Shown here piece after piece: positions 1 to 11,070 of a DNA stretch of 12,354 bases. The notes beneath the pieces were generated by a model, which did not search any database, was not told the DNA's origin, and saw nothing but the letters and a program-made list of their open reading frames with translations. Source of the stretch: a virus (taxonomy: Duplodnaviria > Heunggongvirae > Uroviricota > Caudoviricetes); the IMG/VR virus record IMGVR_UViG_2617270976_000018. One strand, written 5' to 3'. Within the stretch, counting starts at the first letter, position 1. Every line of letters starts with the position of its first letter. Both the position numbers and the translations under genes were made by a program.

Positions 1-276
1 TTACCGACTGCGGCCTGAGTTTTTTAAGTGACGTAAAATCGTGTTGAGGCCAACGCCCATAATGCGGGCTGTTGCCCGGCATCCAACGCCATTCATGGCC
101 ATATCAATGATTTTCTGGTGCGTACCGGGTTGAGAAGCGGTGTAAGTGAACTGCAGTTGCCATGTTTTACGGCAGTGAGAGCAGAGATAGCGCTGATGTC
201 CGGCGGTGCTTTTGCCGTTACGCACCACCCCGTCAGTAGCTGAACAGGAGGGACAGCTGATAGAAACAGAAGCCAC
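1..276 (-). CDS. insA: IS1 InsA (transposition regulator, N-terminal zinc finger)
   Basis: The 91-aa [43 protein letters not shown]... matches IS1 InsA as recalled. The window starts exactly at its stop codon (TAA, read as tta on the plus strand at 1-3). Confidence 0.92.
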
Positions 277-331
277 TGGAGCACCTCAAAAACACCATCA
301 TACACTAAATCAGTAAGTTGGCAGCATCACC
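1..331 (-). mobile_element. IS1 insertion sequence, partial: left end only, the rest lies beyond the window start
   Basis: insA reading frame at 1-276 (minus). Positions 309-331 are the reverse complement of the IS1 terminal inverted repeat GGTGATGCTGCCAACTTACTGAT. Homology stops sharply at 331, where cspF-like sequence begins. Confidence 0.9.
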
Positions 332-430
332 GAGCGCTGAAACATGAAGCTGGACATCGATACGACCATCGGATGGGGTGATAAGACCCTTGCCGCTTTT
401 GCCGTCAAAGGTTTTGACAATTCCTGTCAT
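332..430 (-). pseudogene. cspF: Cold-shock protein CspF-like gene, 5' fragment only, truncated by the IS1 insertion
   Basis: Minus-strand translation from ATG at 430-428 gives [33 protein letters not shown], an N-terminal cold-shock domain of the CspF/CspH type, then runs into the IS1 inverted repeat. A possible TTG start lies at 442-440 (LSRKMTG). It is divergent from cspB, as in Qin. Confidence 0.7.
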
Positions 431-544
431 TTTACGGGACAAAAAAATTCCTTAATACTGATAACTTGGCGCACTATACACACGTTCCTGAAGAAAGCTA
501 TAGTTTTTTGATGGGGTTGAAGATGGCTGGATGTCTAAAATAAA

Positions 545-742
545 CATTGCTTCATATGTTCAACTATGCGTTAATGATTGCGTCGGTTTGAAGAACAGAC
601 GATATACGAAGTAGTTTACTAAAGCAGTTCTCATTTCAGGTGTTATTCACTTATTCCTTCTTTGAGTCTCTCCAATTAAGTACGAAGTCGTTTCTGTTAT
701 GCAAACCATTTATGCCGAAAGACTCAAGTTAAGGAATGTAGA
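545..742 (+). promoter_or_regulatory. cspB promoter and long cspA-type 5' leader (about 160 nt) with cold-box-like block
   Basis: The block GCGTTAATGATTGCGTCGGTTTGAAGAACAGAC (568-600) parallels the cspA -10/transcript-start region as I recall it (CTTAAT ... ACGGTTTGACGTACAGAC). A -35-like TTGCTT lies 17 bp upstream of GTTAAT (570-575). The upstream-box-like GCCGAAAGAC and SD AAGGA (731-735) sit 7 nt before the ATG. Confidence 0.5.
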
Positions 743-958
743 ATGTCAAATAAAATGACTGGTTTAGTAAAATGGTTTAACGCTGATAAAGGTTTCGGCT
801 TTATTTCTCCTGTTGATGGTAGTAAAGATGTGTTTGTGCATTTTTCTGCGATTCAGAATGATAATTATCGAACCTTATTTGAAGGTCAAAAGGTTACCTT
901 CTCTATAGAGAGTGGTGCTAAAGGTCCTGCAGCAGCAAATGTCATCATTACTGATTAA
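743..958 (+). CDS. cspB: Cold-shock protein CspB (CspA family, 71 aa)
   Basis: [74 protein letters not shown] carries the RNP1/RNP2 motifs of the cold-shock domain. Synteny next to divergent cspF and the lysis genes supports cspB rather than another paralog. Confidence 0.9.
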   Translation: MSNKMTGLVKWFNADKGFGFISPVDGSKDVFVHFSAIQNDNYRTLFEGQKVTFSIESGAKGPAAANVIITD

Positions 959-1069
959 AATTCATCGCTCGTCTGTATACGATAACGAAGAAGGCTGATG
1001 CCTGAGTAGAGATACGGACAGAGTAGTGAATATTGGATCTCTTTAATAAAAAGTAAGGAGGTCCAATAC

Positions 1070-1105
1070 ATGAAACAATGGCTAGCATATTTGGCAAAAT
1101 ATTAA
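1070..1105 (+). CDS. Candidate 11-aa small ORF (MKQWLAYLAKY) behind a perfect Shine-Dalgarno; function unknown
   Basis: TAAGGAGGT at 1054-1062 is a full 9-nt match to the anti-SD complement, 7 nt before ATG 1070. There is no homology support and it is below the ORF-track size cutoff. Confidence 0.2.
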   Translation: MKQWLAYLAKY

Positions 1106-1239
1106 TCAGGAAAAGTATGCTAACCATTGTGGTGAAGTGCAGGTTTGCTGCATGAATAGTTTTACAGCAGAAGCTAACTGCTGGCATGGCAAAACAAAGT
1201 GCGTAAGTGGATGACTCCCACAAAAAGCACCACAATCTC

Positions 1240-1266
1240 AAACCCGCTCAGGCGGGTTTTTTATTA
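1240..1266. terminator. Intrinsic (Rho-independent) terminator, probably bidirectional
   Basis: AAACCCGC-TCAG-GCGGGTTT hairpin followed by TTTTATT on the plus strand. On the minus strand the same stem sits 56 nt downstream of the ynfU stop. Confidence 0.7.
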
Positions 1267-1321
1267 TCTGCTTTAAATATATTATTAAAATATAAAAAAT
1301 ACTTGTTACTAATAAAATCAA

Positions 1322-1492
1322 TCAGGCTACAGCTTTAAGATTTGTCTGGAATACTTTGTTGCAATGAGGGCAGATCAAAAGGGCACCTTTTTGTACTCTT
1401 GAAAAACTGTGTTCTGACTCTTGGGTGCAGTTTGGGCAGGAACATTTAACGAGATAATTACGGCGTGATTTTGAGTTTTTACGTTCTGACAT
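1322..1492 (-). CDS. ynfU: Small zinc-ribbon protein (CxxC...CxxC), YnfU-like, 56 aa
   Basis: Within the 73-aa track ORF, the internal Met gives MSERKNSKSRRNYLVKCSCPNCTQESEHSFSRVQKGALLICPHCNKVFQTNLKAVA with two CxxC pairs. AGGA lies 9 nt upstream of this ATG. The symbol is from memory of Qin small proteins. Confidence 0.6.
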   Translation of the reverse strand: MSERKNSKSRRNYLVKCSCPNCTQESEHSFSRVQKGALLICPHCNKVFQTNLKAVA

Positions 1493-1711
1493 AGGCTTTT
1501 CCTGTATAAATGGCCGTATACAGTACACTAAATATGAAAACATTTCTCGTATTATTATTTTATATATGACTTTCTTTCAAAATAATTACCCACATTTTTA
1601 ATGTGTATGTTTTTTTAGCGCCGTTGAGAACAACGTGTGCTGTCAAAACTACCCCGTAGACTCCGATCTTTTCAAACATATTGCACCATCCGTGTACATC
1701 GGGGTGAGGAT

Positions 1712-1927
1712 ATGAAATCAATGGATAAGTTAACAACAGGTGTTGCCTATGGCACATCGGCGGGTAATGCTGGTTTCTGGGCATTGCAGTTACTCGATAA
1801 AGTAACTCCGTCACAGTGGGCTGCAATCGGTGTGCTGGGTAGCCTGGTTTTTGGCCTGCTGACGTATCTGACAAATCTTTATTTCAAGATTAAAGAAGAC
1901 AGGCGTAAGGCTGCGAGAGGAGAGTAA
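1712..1927 (+). CDS. essQ: Class II holin, phage 21 S-type pinholin with dual-start motif (antiholin from Met1, holin from Met4)
   Basis: [71 protein letters not shown] (71 aa) closely resembles S21 as recalled. Two TM segments, the MKSM dual start and SD GGTGAGGA upstream are all present. The track ORF starts further 5' at 1637, probably too far. Confidence 0.85.
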   Translation: MKSMDKLTTGVAYGTSAGNAGFWALQLLDKVTPSQWAAIGVLGSLVFGLLTYLTNLYFKIKEDRRKAARGE

Positions 1928-1931
1928 TCCA

Positions 1932-2239
1932 ATGACTCAAGACTATGAACTGGTTGTGAAAGGAGTCCGTAATTTTGAGAATAAAGTTACGGTAACTGTA
2001 GCCTTACAGGACAAAGAACGCTTTGACGGTGAAATTTTTGACCTGGATGTCGCCATGGACCGTGTTGAAGGAGCTGCGCTGGAGTTTTATGAGGCAGCAG
2101 CCAGAAGGAGCGTCCGGCAAGTCTTCCTGGAAGTAGCAGAAAAATTGTCAGAAAAAGTTGAGTCTTATCTGCAGCATCAGTACTCCTTTAAGATTGAAAA
2201 TCCTGCCAATAAGCACGAGCGTCCTCATCATAAATATCT

Positions 2240-2243
<4 letters not shown>
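1932..2243 (+). CDS. ydfR: YdfR-family protein (DUF1327), unknown function, wedged between holin and endolysin
   Basis: 103-aa ORF with SD AGGAGAG upstream. Its stop overlaps the rrrQ start (ATGA at 2240-2243), indicating translational coupling inside the lysis operon. Confidence 0.8.
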
Positions 2244-3267
<1,024 letters not shown>

Positions 3268-3439
3268 GGTAATATTAAATCGGAACATTTACATCGCGGA
3301 ATGTAAAATTTAAATAAAAAGGACTCTTCCATGAGCCAAAATTCCTGAAATCTTAAGGGTAAGATAAAAGGTCTTAATCAGAATGACACGTTTTATTAAT
3401 AAATAAAGCTATTCTTTCATTGCTGTGTTTTTCTTTACA

Positions 3440-3629
3440 AAAGTAATCCTTGCTATGGGTGGTTAATCATGCGTTAATGGTGTTCTGGTTTGTTACAAAT
3501 TTATCTGAAGCAGTCATTGTTATAATTTTATTATTTGTACCTCTTGAGATTTCCTTGTTGGTTTTTCTCTCTGATATTTTTTTTCGGACCATTCTGCCCA
3601 AGGGCTAATTTCTTCAAAAGGTAATAATT
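3440..3629 (+). promoter_or_regulatory. cspI promoter and cspA-type 5' leader
   Basis: GCGTTAATGGTGTTCTGGTTTG (3471-3492) is paralogous to the cspB block at 568-590. An AT-rich UP-like region lies upstream, and the leader ends AAAGGTAATAATTATG. Confidence 0.45.
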
Positions 3630-3842
3630 ATGTCTAACAAAATGACTGGTTTAGTGAAATGGTTTAACCCTGAAAAAGGTTTTGGTTTCATCACGCCGAA
3701 AGATGGCAGCAAAGATGTGTTTGTCCATTTCTCAGCAATTCAGAGCAACGATTTCAAAACATTAACTGAGAATCAGGAAGTTGAATTTGGTATTGAGAAC
3801 GGACCTAAAGGTCCTGCCGCTGTTCATGTAGTGGCGCTTTGA
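3630..3842 (+). CDS. cspI: Cold-shock protein CspI (CspA family, 70 aa)
   Basis: [73 protein letters not shown]. It sits directly downstream of rzpQ, as in Qin. Confidence 0.9.
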   Translation: MSNKMTGLVKWFNPEKGFGFITPKDGSKDVFVHFSAIQSNDFKTLTENQEVEFGIENGPKGPAAVHVVAL

Positions 3843-3852
3843 GGTAGACAAT

Positions 3853-4041
3853 ATTACAAACCATATTCACTTTAGATGCCCGTGTTGTCATGGTTCCCAG
3901 TATAGAACATCATCTTTTGATGTTTCTGACATGAATCCTTTCGGGGCAAAATGTATCTTTTGTAAATCAATGATGATTACATTTGATAATATTTCACAAT
4001 ACTTAAATGCCAGCCGTCTGTCGTTGGATTTAAAAAAGTGA
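3853..4041 (+). CDS. Ogr/Delta-like four-cysteine zinc-ribbon ORF with no canonical start codon; possible AUU start, frameshift product or decayed gene
   Basis: Frame 1 is open from 3832 to the TGA at 4039-4041 and encodes ...HFRCPCCHGSQYRTSSFDVSDMNPFGAKCIFCKSMMITFDNISQYLNASRLSLDLKK. There is no ATG/GTG/TTG in frame. GAGGT (3841-3845) lies 7 nt before ATT 3853. An intrinsic terminator follows the stop. Confidence 0.3.
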   Translation: MTNHIHFRCPCCHGSQYRTSSFDVSDMNPFGAKCIFCKSMMITFDNISQYLNASRLSLDLKK

Positions 4042-4046
4042 AAATG

Positions 4047-4070
4047 AAGGCTCCTTCGGGAGCTTTTTTG
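4047..4070 (+). terminator. Intrinsic terminator
   Basis: AGGCTCC-TTCG-GGAGC hairpin followed by TTTTTT, 6 nt after the stop of the zinc-ribbon frame and about 205 nt after the cspI stop. Confidence 0.6.
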
Positions 4071-4188
4071 CTTGGTGTCTATTCGATGGATACTCACATA
4101 CTACGGTAACATCATGAAAAAAATCATAGTTTTTTTTAACTCTGAACCAGCAGTGGTAGTGCCAGCGATGACTGGAGTTAACACCATC

Positions 4189-4344
4189 ATGCGTGAATAT
4201 CCAAATGGCGAAAAAACACACCTTACTGTAATGGCCGCAGGGTTTCCATCTCTGACCGGAGATCATAAAGTCATTTATGTAGCCGCGGATCGACATGTTA
4301 CTTCAGAAGAAATTCTGGAAGCAGCAATAAGGCTCTTGAGTTGA
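4189..4344 (+). CDS. ynfN: Small hypothetical protein, YnfN-like (51 aa from ATG 4189; longer forms possible from ATG 4114 or TTG 4072)
   Basis: The open frame ends ...MREYPNGEKTHLTVMAAGFPSLTGDHKVIYVAADRHVTSEEILEAAIRLLS. The 51-aa length from ATG 4189 matches my recollection of YnfN length; I cannot recall its sequence. No strong SD precedes any candidate start. Confidence 0.45.
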   Translation: MREYPNGEKTHLTVMAAGFPSLTGDHKVIYVAADRHVTSEEILEAAIRLLS

Positions 4345-4515
4345 TTTGATGCTATTGCATTGATAATTCAGGAAAATTCTCTTTGTCTGTTTGTGTAAAA
4401 TTTAGACTATCGTATGTTGATTATTGCGATGTTTCATCTTATCTTTTACACGTTTGCACCATATAATCGACTTACTGTGTAACTGGAAAGTCATAACAGA
4501 CTAAAAGAGGAAATG

Positions 4516-4689
4516 ATGAATATTGAAAACTTAAAAACAAAAGCAGAAGCAGATATTTCTGAATATATAACAAAAAAAATTATTGAACTTAAGAAAAAGA
4601 CCGGGAAAGAAGTTACCAGTATTCAGTTTACCGCACGGGAAAAAATGACGGGTCTTGAAAGCTATGATGTCAAGATTAATTTAATCTGA
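4516..4689 (+). CDS. gnsB: GnsB-like small protein (Gns family; 57 aa)
   Basis: MNIENLKTKAEADISEYITKKIIELKKKTGKEVTSIQFTAREKMTGLESYDVKINLI, with SD AAAGAGGA at 4503-4510. An in-frame ATG immediately upstream at 4513 gives an MM start. Below the ORF-track size cutoff. Confidence 0.8.
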   Translation: MNIENLKTKAEADISEYITKKIIELKKKTGKEVTSIQFTAREKMTGLESYDVKINLI

Positions 4690-4715
4690 TGTATTCAATA
4701 ATAAAATTTATCCAT

Positions 4716-4742
4716 AAACCTCGTTTTTACGGGGTTTTGTTA
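4716..4742. terminator. Putative intrinsic terminator between convergent gnsB and ydfO
   Basis: AAACCUCG-UUUUUAC-GGGGUUU hairpin (one G-U pair) followed by a U-rich stretch. A second hairpin TCCGGC...GCCGGA lies at 4806-4834. Confidence 0.4.
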
Positions 4743-4840
4743 TATTTGAATGGTTCCGAATATCTAAATCACAATTGTTGATGGTTTTTATTAAACCAAT
4801 GCAGTCCGGCTCAGGAGTGAGAGAAGCCGGACGTTATGGT

Positions 4841-5251
4841 TTAGCGTGGTAAGATCTGTGTAGTTTTCTGGATGCTTTCAGTAAATAGTAATGAATTATC
4901 AAAGGTATAGTAATATCTTTTTTGTTCGTGGATATTTGTAACCCACCGAAAAACTCCTGCTTTAGCAAGGTTTCTTCTGTATTCCTGAAATGTGATCTCT
5001 CTGGATTTCAGCTTATTAGAGGTCGTTTCTATAAGATGCCTATCCTTTGAAAATTTGACAGACACAATGTTTTTTAGGCCCTTTAATAACACTGTATTAT
5101 CATTTTTTAATACAATATGAACATTCTCTGTGGCTAAATAGTAAATGTAATGTGAGACATTGTGACGTTTTAGCTCAGAATAAAACCATTGATAGTTTAA
5201 ATCGTTTCGAACTTTATCAAATATTTGTTTAAAAATGACTACCTGATCCAT
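4841..5251 (-). CDS. ydfO: YdfO-family protein (DUF1398), function unknown
   Basis: 136-aa ORF from the internal Met ([24 protein letters not shown]...). The track ORF extends 5 codons further 5'. It lies 57 bp downstream of ynfO on the same strand. Confidence 0.8.
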
Positions 5252-5308
5252 AGATAAACCTTCCATGTGATATGAGGGGGCGTAGTCTGCACGATTATCT
5301 AAATTGCT

Positions 5309-5542
5309 TCAATCTGGTCTGACCTGTTTTCTGAGCAATTCAGTAATGTCACTCTTTTCTTTGTTTGCTTCAGAAGAAACTCTTTTTTCTGAGCACAGTC
5401 TCCGGCGGCAGGCTTCAATGACCCAGGCTGAGAAATTCCCGGACCCTTTTTGCTCAAGAGCGATGTTAATTTGTTCAATCATTTGGTTAGGAAAGCGGAT
5501 GTTGCGGGTTGTTGTTCTGCGGGTTCTGTTCTTCGTTGACAT
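5309..5542 (-). CDS. ynfO: YnfO-family small protein with ribbon-helix-helix-like DNA-binding signature (77 aa)
   Basis: The segment RNIRFPNQMIEQINIALEQKGSGNFSAWVIEACRRRL fits a beta-strand/helix/helix RHH pattern of the Arc/MetJ/CopG type. It sits at the right-arm end of the phage genome, abutting cos. Confidence 0.75.
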   Translation of the reverse strand: MSTKNRTRRTTTRNIRFPNQMIEQINIALEQKGSGNFSAWVIEACRRRLCSEKRVSSEANKEKSDITELLRKQVRPD

Positions 5543-5566
5543 GAGGTTGCCCCGTATTCAGTGTCG

Positions 5567-5930
5567 CTGATTTGTATTGTCTGAAGTTGTTTTTACGTTA
5601 AGTTGATGCAGATCAATTAATACGATACCTGCGTCATAATTGATTATTTGACGTGGTTTGATGGCCTCCACGCACGTTGTGATATGTAGATGATAATCAT
5701 TATCACTTTACGGGTCCTTTCCGGTGATCCGACAGGTTACGGGGCGGCGACCTCGCGGGTTTTCGCTATTTATGAAAATTTTCCGGTTTAAGGCATTTCC
5801 GTTCTTCTTCGTCGTAACTTAATGTTTTTATTTAAAATACCCCCTGAAAAGAAAGGAAACGACAGGTGCTGAAAACGAGCTTTTGGGCCTCTGTCGTTTC
5901 CTTTCTCTGTTTTTGGCCGTGGAATGAACA
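5567..5930 (+). other. Lambda-type cohesive end site (cos): cosQ, cosN (12-nt cohesive end GGGCGGCGACCT at 5742-5753) and cosB with Nu1-binding R elements
   Basis: 5567-5741 matches the lambda right terminus as recalled (...GATAATCATTATCACTTTACGGGTCCTTTCCGGTGATCCGACAGGTTACG). It is followed directly by the lambda left terminus GGGCGGCGACCTCGCGGGTTTTCGCTATTTATGAAAATTTTCCGG. R-like elements lie at about 5783-5796, 5851-5865 and 5891-5906. Confidence 0.85.
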
Positions 5931-9046
<3,116 letters not shown>

Positions 9047-9143
9047 GGTAAAACATATAAATTCTATAATTAGATGTATCTTTCCATTTACGGCAAGGAA
9101 GGTGGCTTGGAAGACGTAAAGCATCTCACACCGAGATTATTTT

Positions 9144-9734
9144 TTATATGTCAGGTGTCTGAAGTTTTGCTTTGGCTCTTAAAATGGTTTGCCGCGAGGT
9201 TTTGAATTCCCGGGCAATGGCACTTATACTTACACCTGACTTAATTCGTTCGAATACCACCTGTTTCTGTTCTTCATTTAACACAGGTGGTCGACCAAAA
9301 CGTTTCCCTGCGCCCCGGGCTCTTACTATCCCGGAATGAGTGCGTTCAAGTAAAAGGTCTCGTTCAAATTCAGCGACTGCTGAAATTACTTGCATCATCA
9401 TTTTTCCTGTTGGACTGGTCAGGTCAATGCCCCCCAATGCTAAGCAATGCACTCTGATACCTGTTTCGGTCAGTTGTTCCACTGTTTTCCTGATATCCAT
9501 TGCATTACAACCAAGGCGATCCAGTTTTGTCACAATCAATTGATCACCACATTTCAGGCGAGCAAGCAACCGGTTAAAACCAGGACGCTCACTGGTTGCT
9601 GCTGAGCCGCTAATGTGTTCTTCGATTATTTGCTGAGGTTTGATTTTAAAACCTGCACTTTCGATTTCCCGGCGTTGATTTTCGGTGGTCTGATCCAGCG
9701 TTGATATCCGACAGTAAGCAAAAATTCGAGACAT
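9144..9734 (-). CDS. pinQ: Serine recombinase, Pin/Gin/Hin/Cin-family DNA invertase (196 aa)
   Basis: [29 protein letters not shown]... has the resolvase/invertase N-terminal catalytic domain with the active-site Ser in the RIST motif, and a C-terminal HTH ([20 protein letters not shown]). Confidence 0.9.
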
Positions 9735-10050
9735 AGTGAGACTCTATACGAAATTGGTGTTCATATCATAATGCATCTCAGAAAATAATTTTGATTATTT
9801 TTGTGCATATTTGTATGTACACGTTCGAAAATAAACGAATGCGTATGCAACCCCGTAATTTTGGTGAGACCCAAAATCGATTTTGTGAAAAATGGCTTTA
9901 ACTCGGTTTGTTTTTCGAGTTCCGGGCGGACTCAAGGAAGAAGAATAGTGTTGCGTGTTATTTTAACCAGATTTCAAGTTGTTTGGTCGTGGAAAAGTGG
10001 AGCAAAATGTTGTTAAAGTGGAAAAATGATAAAAAAGTAAGTTTATTATA

Positions 10051-10284
10051 TTACATTTTACCATTTAAATTTTGGTTGTCTTTAAGAACTGATATCGCTG
10101 TTTGTAATAATTCTTTGTTATCCAGCCATGATTTTTTCTTTATGTTTCCTTCAATGTAATCAAGCAATGTTCTGGTATTGATAGGTCTTCCCTGTTTTGC
10201 TACTTCCACTACAGCATCCCCTAGGATAATTCTTACTTCAGGAAGCTGCGCAGGGAACCACTTTAGGGTGTCTTTTGATTTCAT
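10051..10284 (-). CDS. ydfK: YdfK/YnaE-family small protein (77 aa), prophage moron reported as cold-shock induced
   Basis: MKSKDTLKWFPAQLPEVRIILGDAVVEVAKQGRPINTRTLLDYIEGNIKKKSWLDNKELLQTAISVLKDNQNLNGKM, with SD AAGGAA 7 nt upstream. The track ORF extends 11 codons further 5' to 10317. Confidence 0.8.
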   Translation of the reverse strand: MKSKDTLKWFPAQLPEVRIILGDAVVEVAKQGRPINTRTLLDYIEGNIKKKSWLDNKELLQTAISVLKDNQNLNGKM

Positions 10285-11070
10285 GAAGATATTCCTTAAA
10301 ATATTATTGATTTTCATTGCGATATTGTATGTCTGATTCAGGATATGTTGACTTATACATCGGTTTTGTCTGGGTTATTGGATATGCCAATCCCTAATTT
10401 TATTAGGGCATGACTAAAAATGCTGAATATGATAAGGAGAGATGTGATTATCAGTATGCTGTTCATATAGCCTCGAATTAGTAATGTGTTATATATGATA
10501 TAGTTGACAATTTTTATCTTGGGTGTTCTTAAAGTTCGTAGATAAACATTGTCGTTTCAGGTATACAGGAATGCTAACAGGTGGCAGCAAAAATCAGGCG
10601 GTTTATGGCGCAAGCTGAAGCGGCAACTGCAAACTATCTTATGCAGAGACTCTACACGGATTGGGTTTAAAAGTATACATAGATAACAGTTTTTATCTGA
10701 AAAATAAAAATATCAAGGTGATATAGCCTATATGCCTTTGATGCGGAGGAATGAATGTGATGGGAGTGATGTATCTGAATAGTTGAAAAACCGCAGACAC
10801 GCCTTATGCAAGAACGTGCTGCGGTTGGCTGGTAAATTTTTCGATAGTGTGAGTATTGAATGATTTCCAGCCGTTCTTGATTTTACGCATAAATCCATGA
10901 AAAAACTACTTATCTGTTGGGGAGTTTTTTTTGGGGCATATATGGGACATAAATAGGCCCCAGATAGACACTGAGATCGAACTTAGGATGCTTTTTAAAA
11001 AATGCAACTATCTGAAAAAACCTAGAAAACGCCAAGGAAACCACAGGATGGGAAAAAACACCTGTGAATT

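Noticed and set aside
948-1241. 97-aa minus-strand ORF between cspB and ynfU
   Set aside because: It overlaps the cspB 3' end and the perfect-SD small ORF on the other strand, has no ribosome-binding site and an implausible Cys/Phe-rich composition.
1502-1523. Possible LexA (SOS) box upstream of ynfU
   Set aside because: The arms are CTGTATA/TATACAG, but CTGT and ACAG are 14 nt apart rather than the 8 nt of the LexA consensus CTGT-N8-ACAG. Kept only as an uncharacterised palindrome.
3888-4097. 69-aa minus-strand ORF downstream of cspI
   Set aside because: It spans the plus-strand intrinsic terminator and is antisense to the conserved zinc-ribbon frame. It has no SD and is low-complexity and basic. 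The plus-strand reading is better supported.
9340-10159. Plus-strand ORFs 9340-9543, 9801-10016 and 9908-10159
   Set aside because: They are antisense to or overlapping pinQ and ydfK, or lie in the AT-rich intergenic region. None has homology support or a convincing start.
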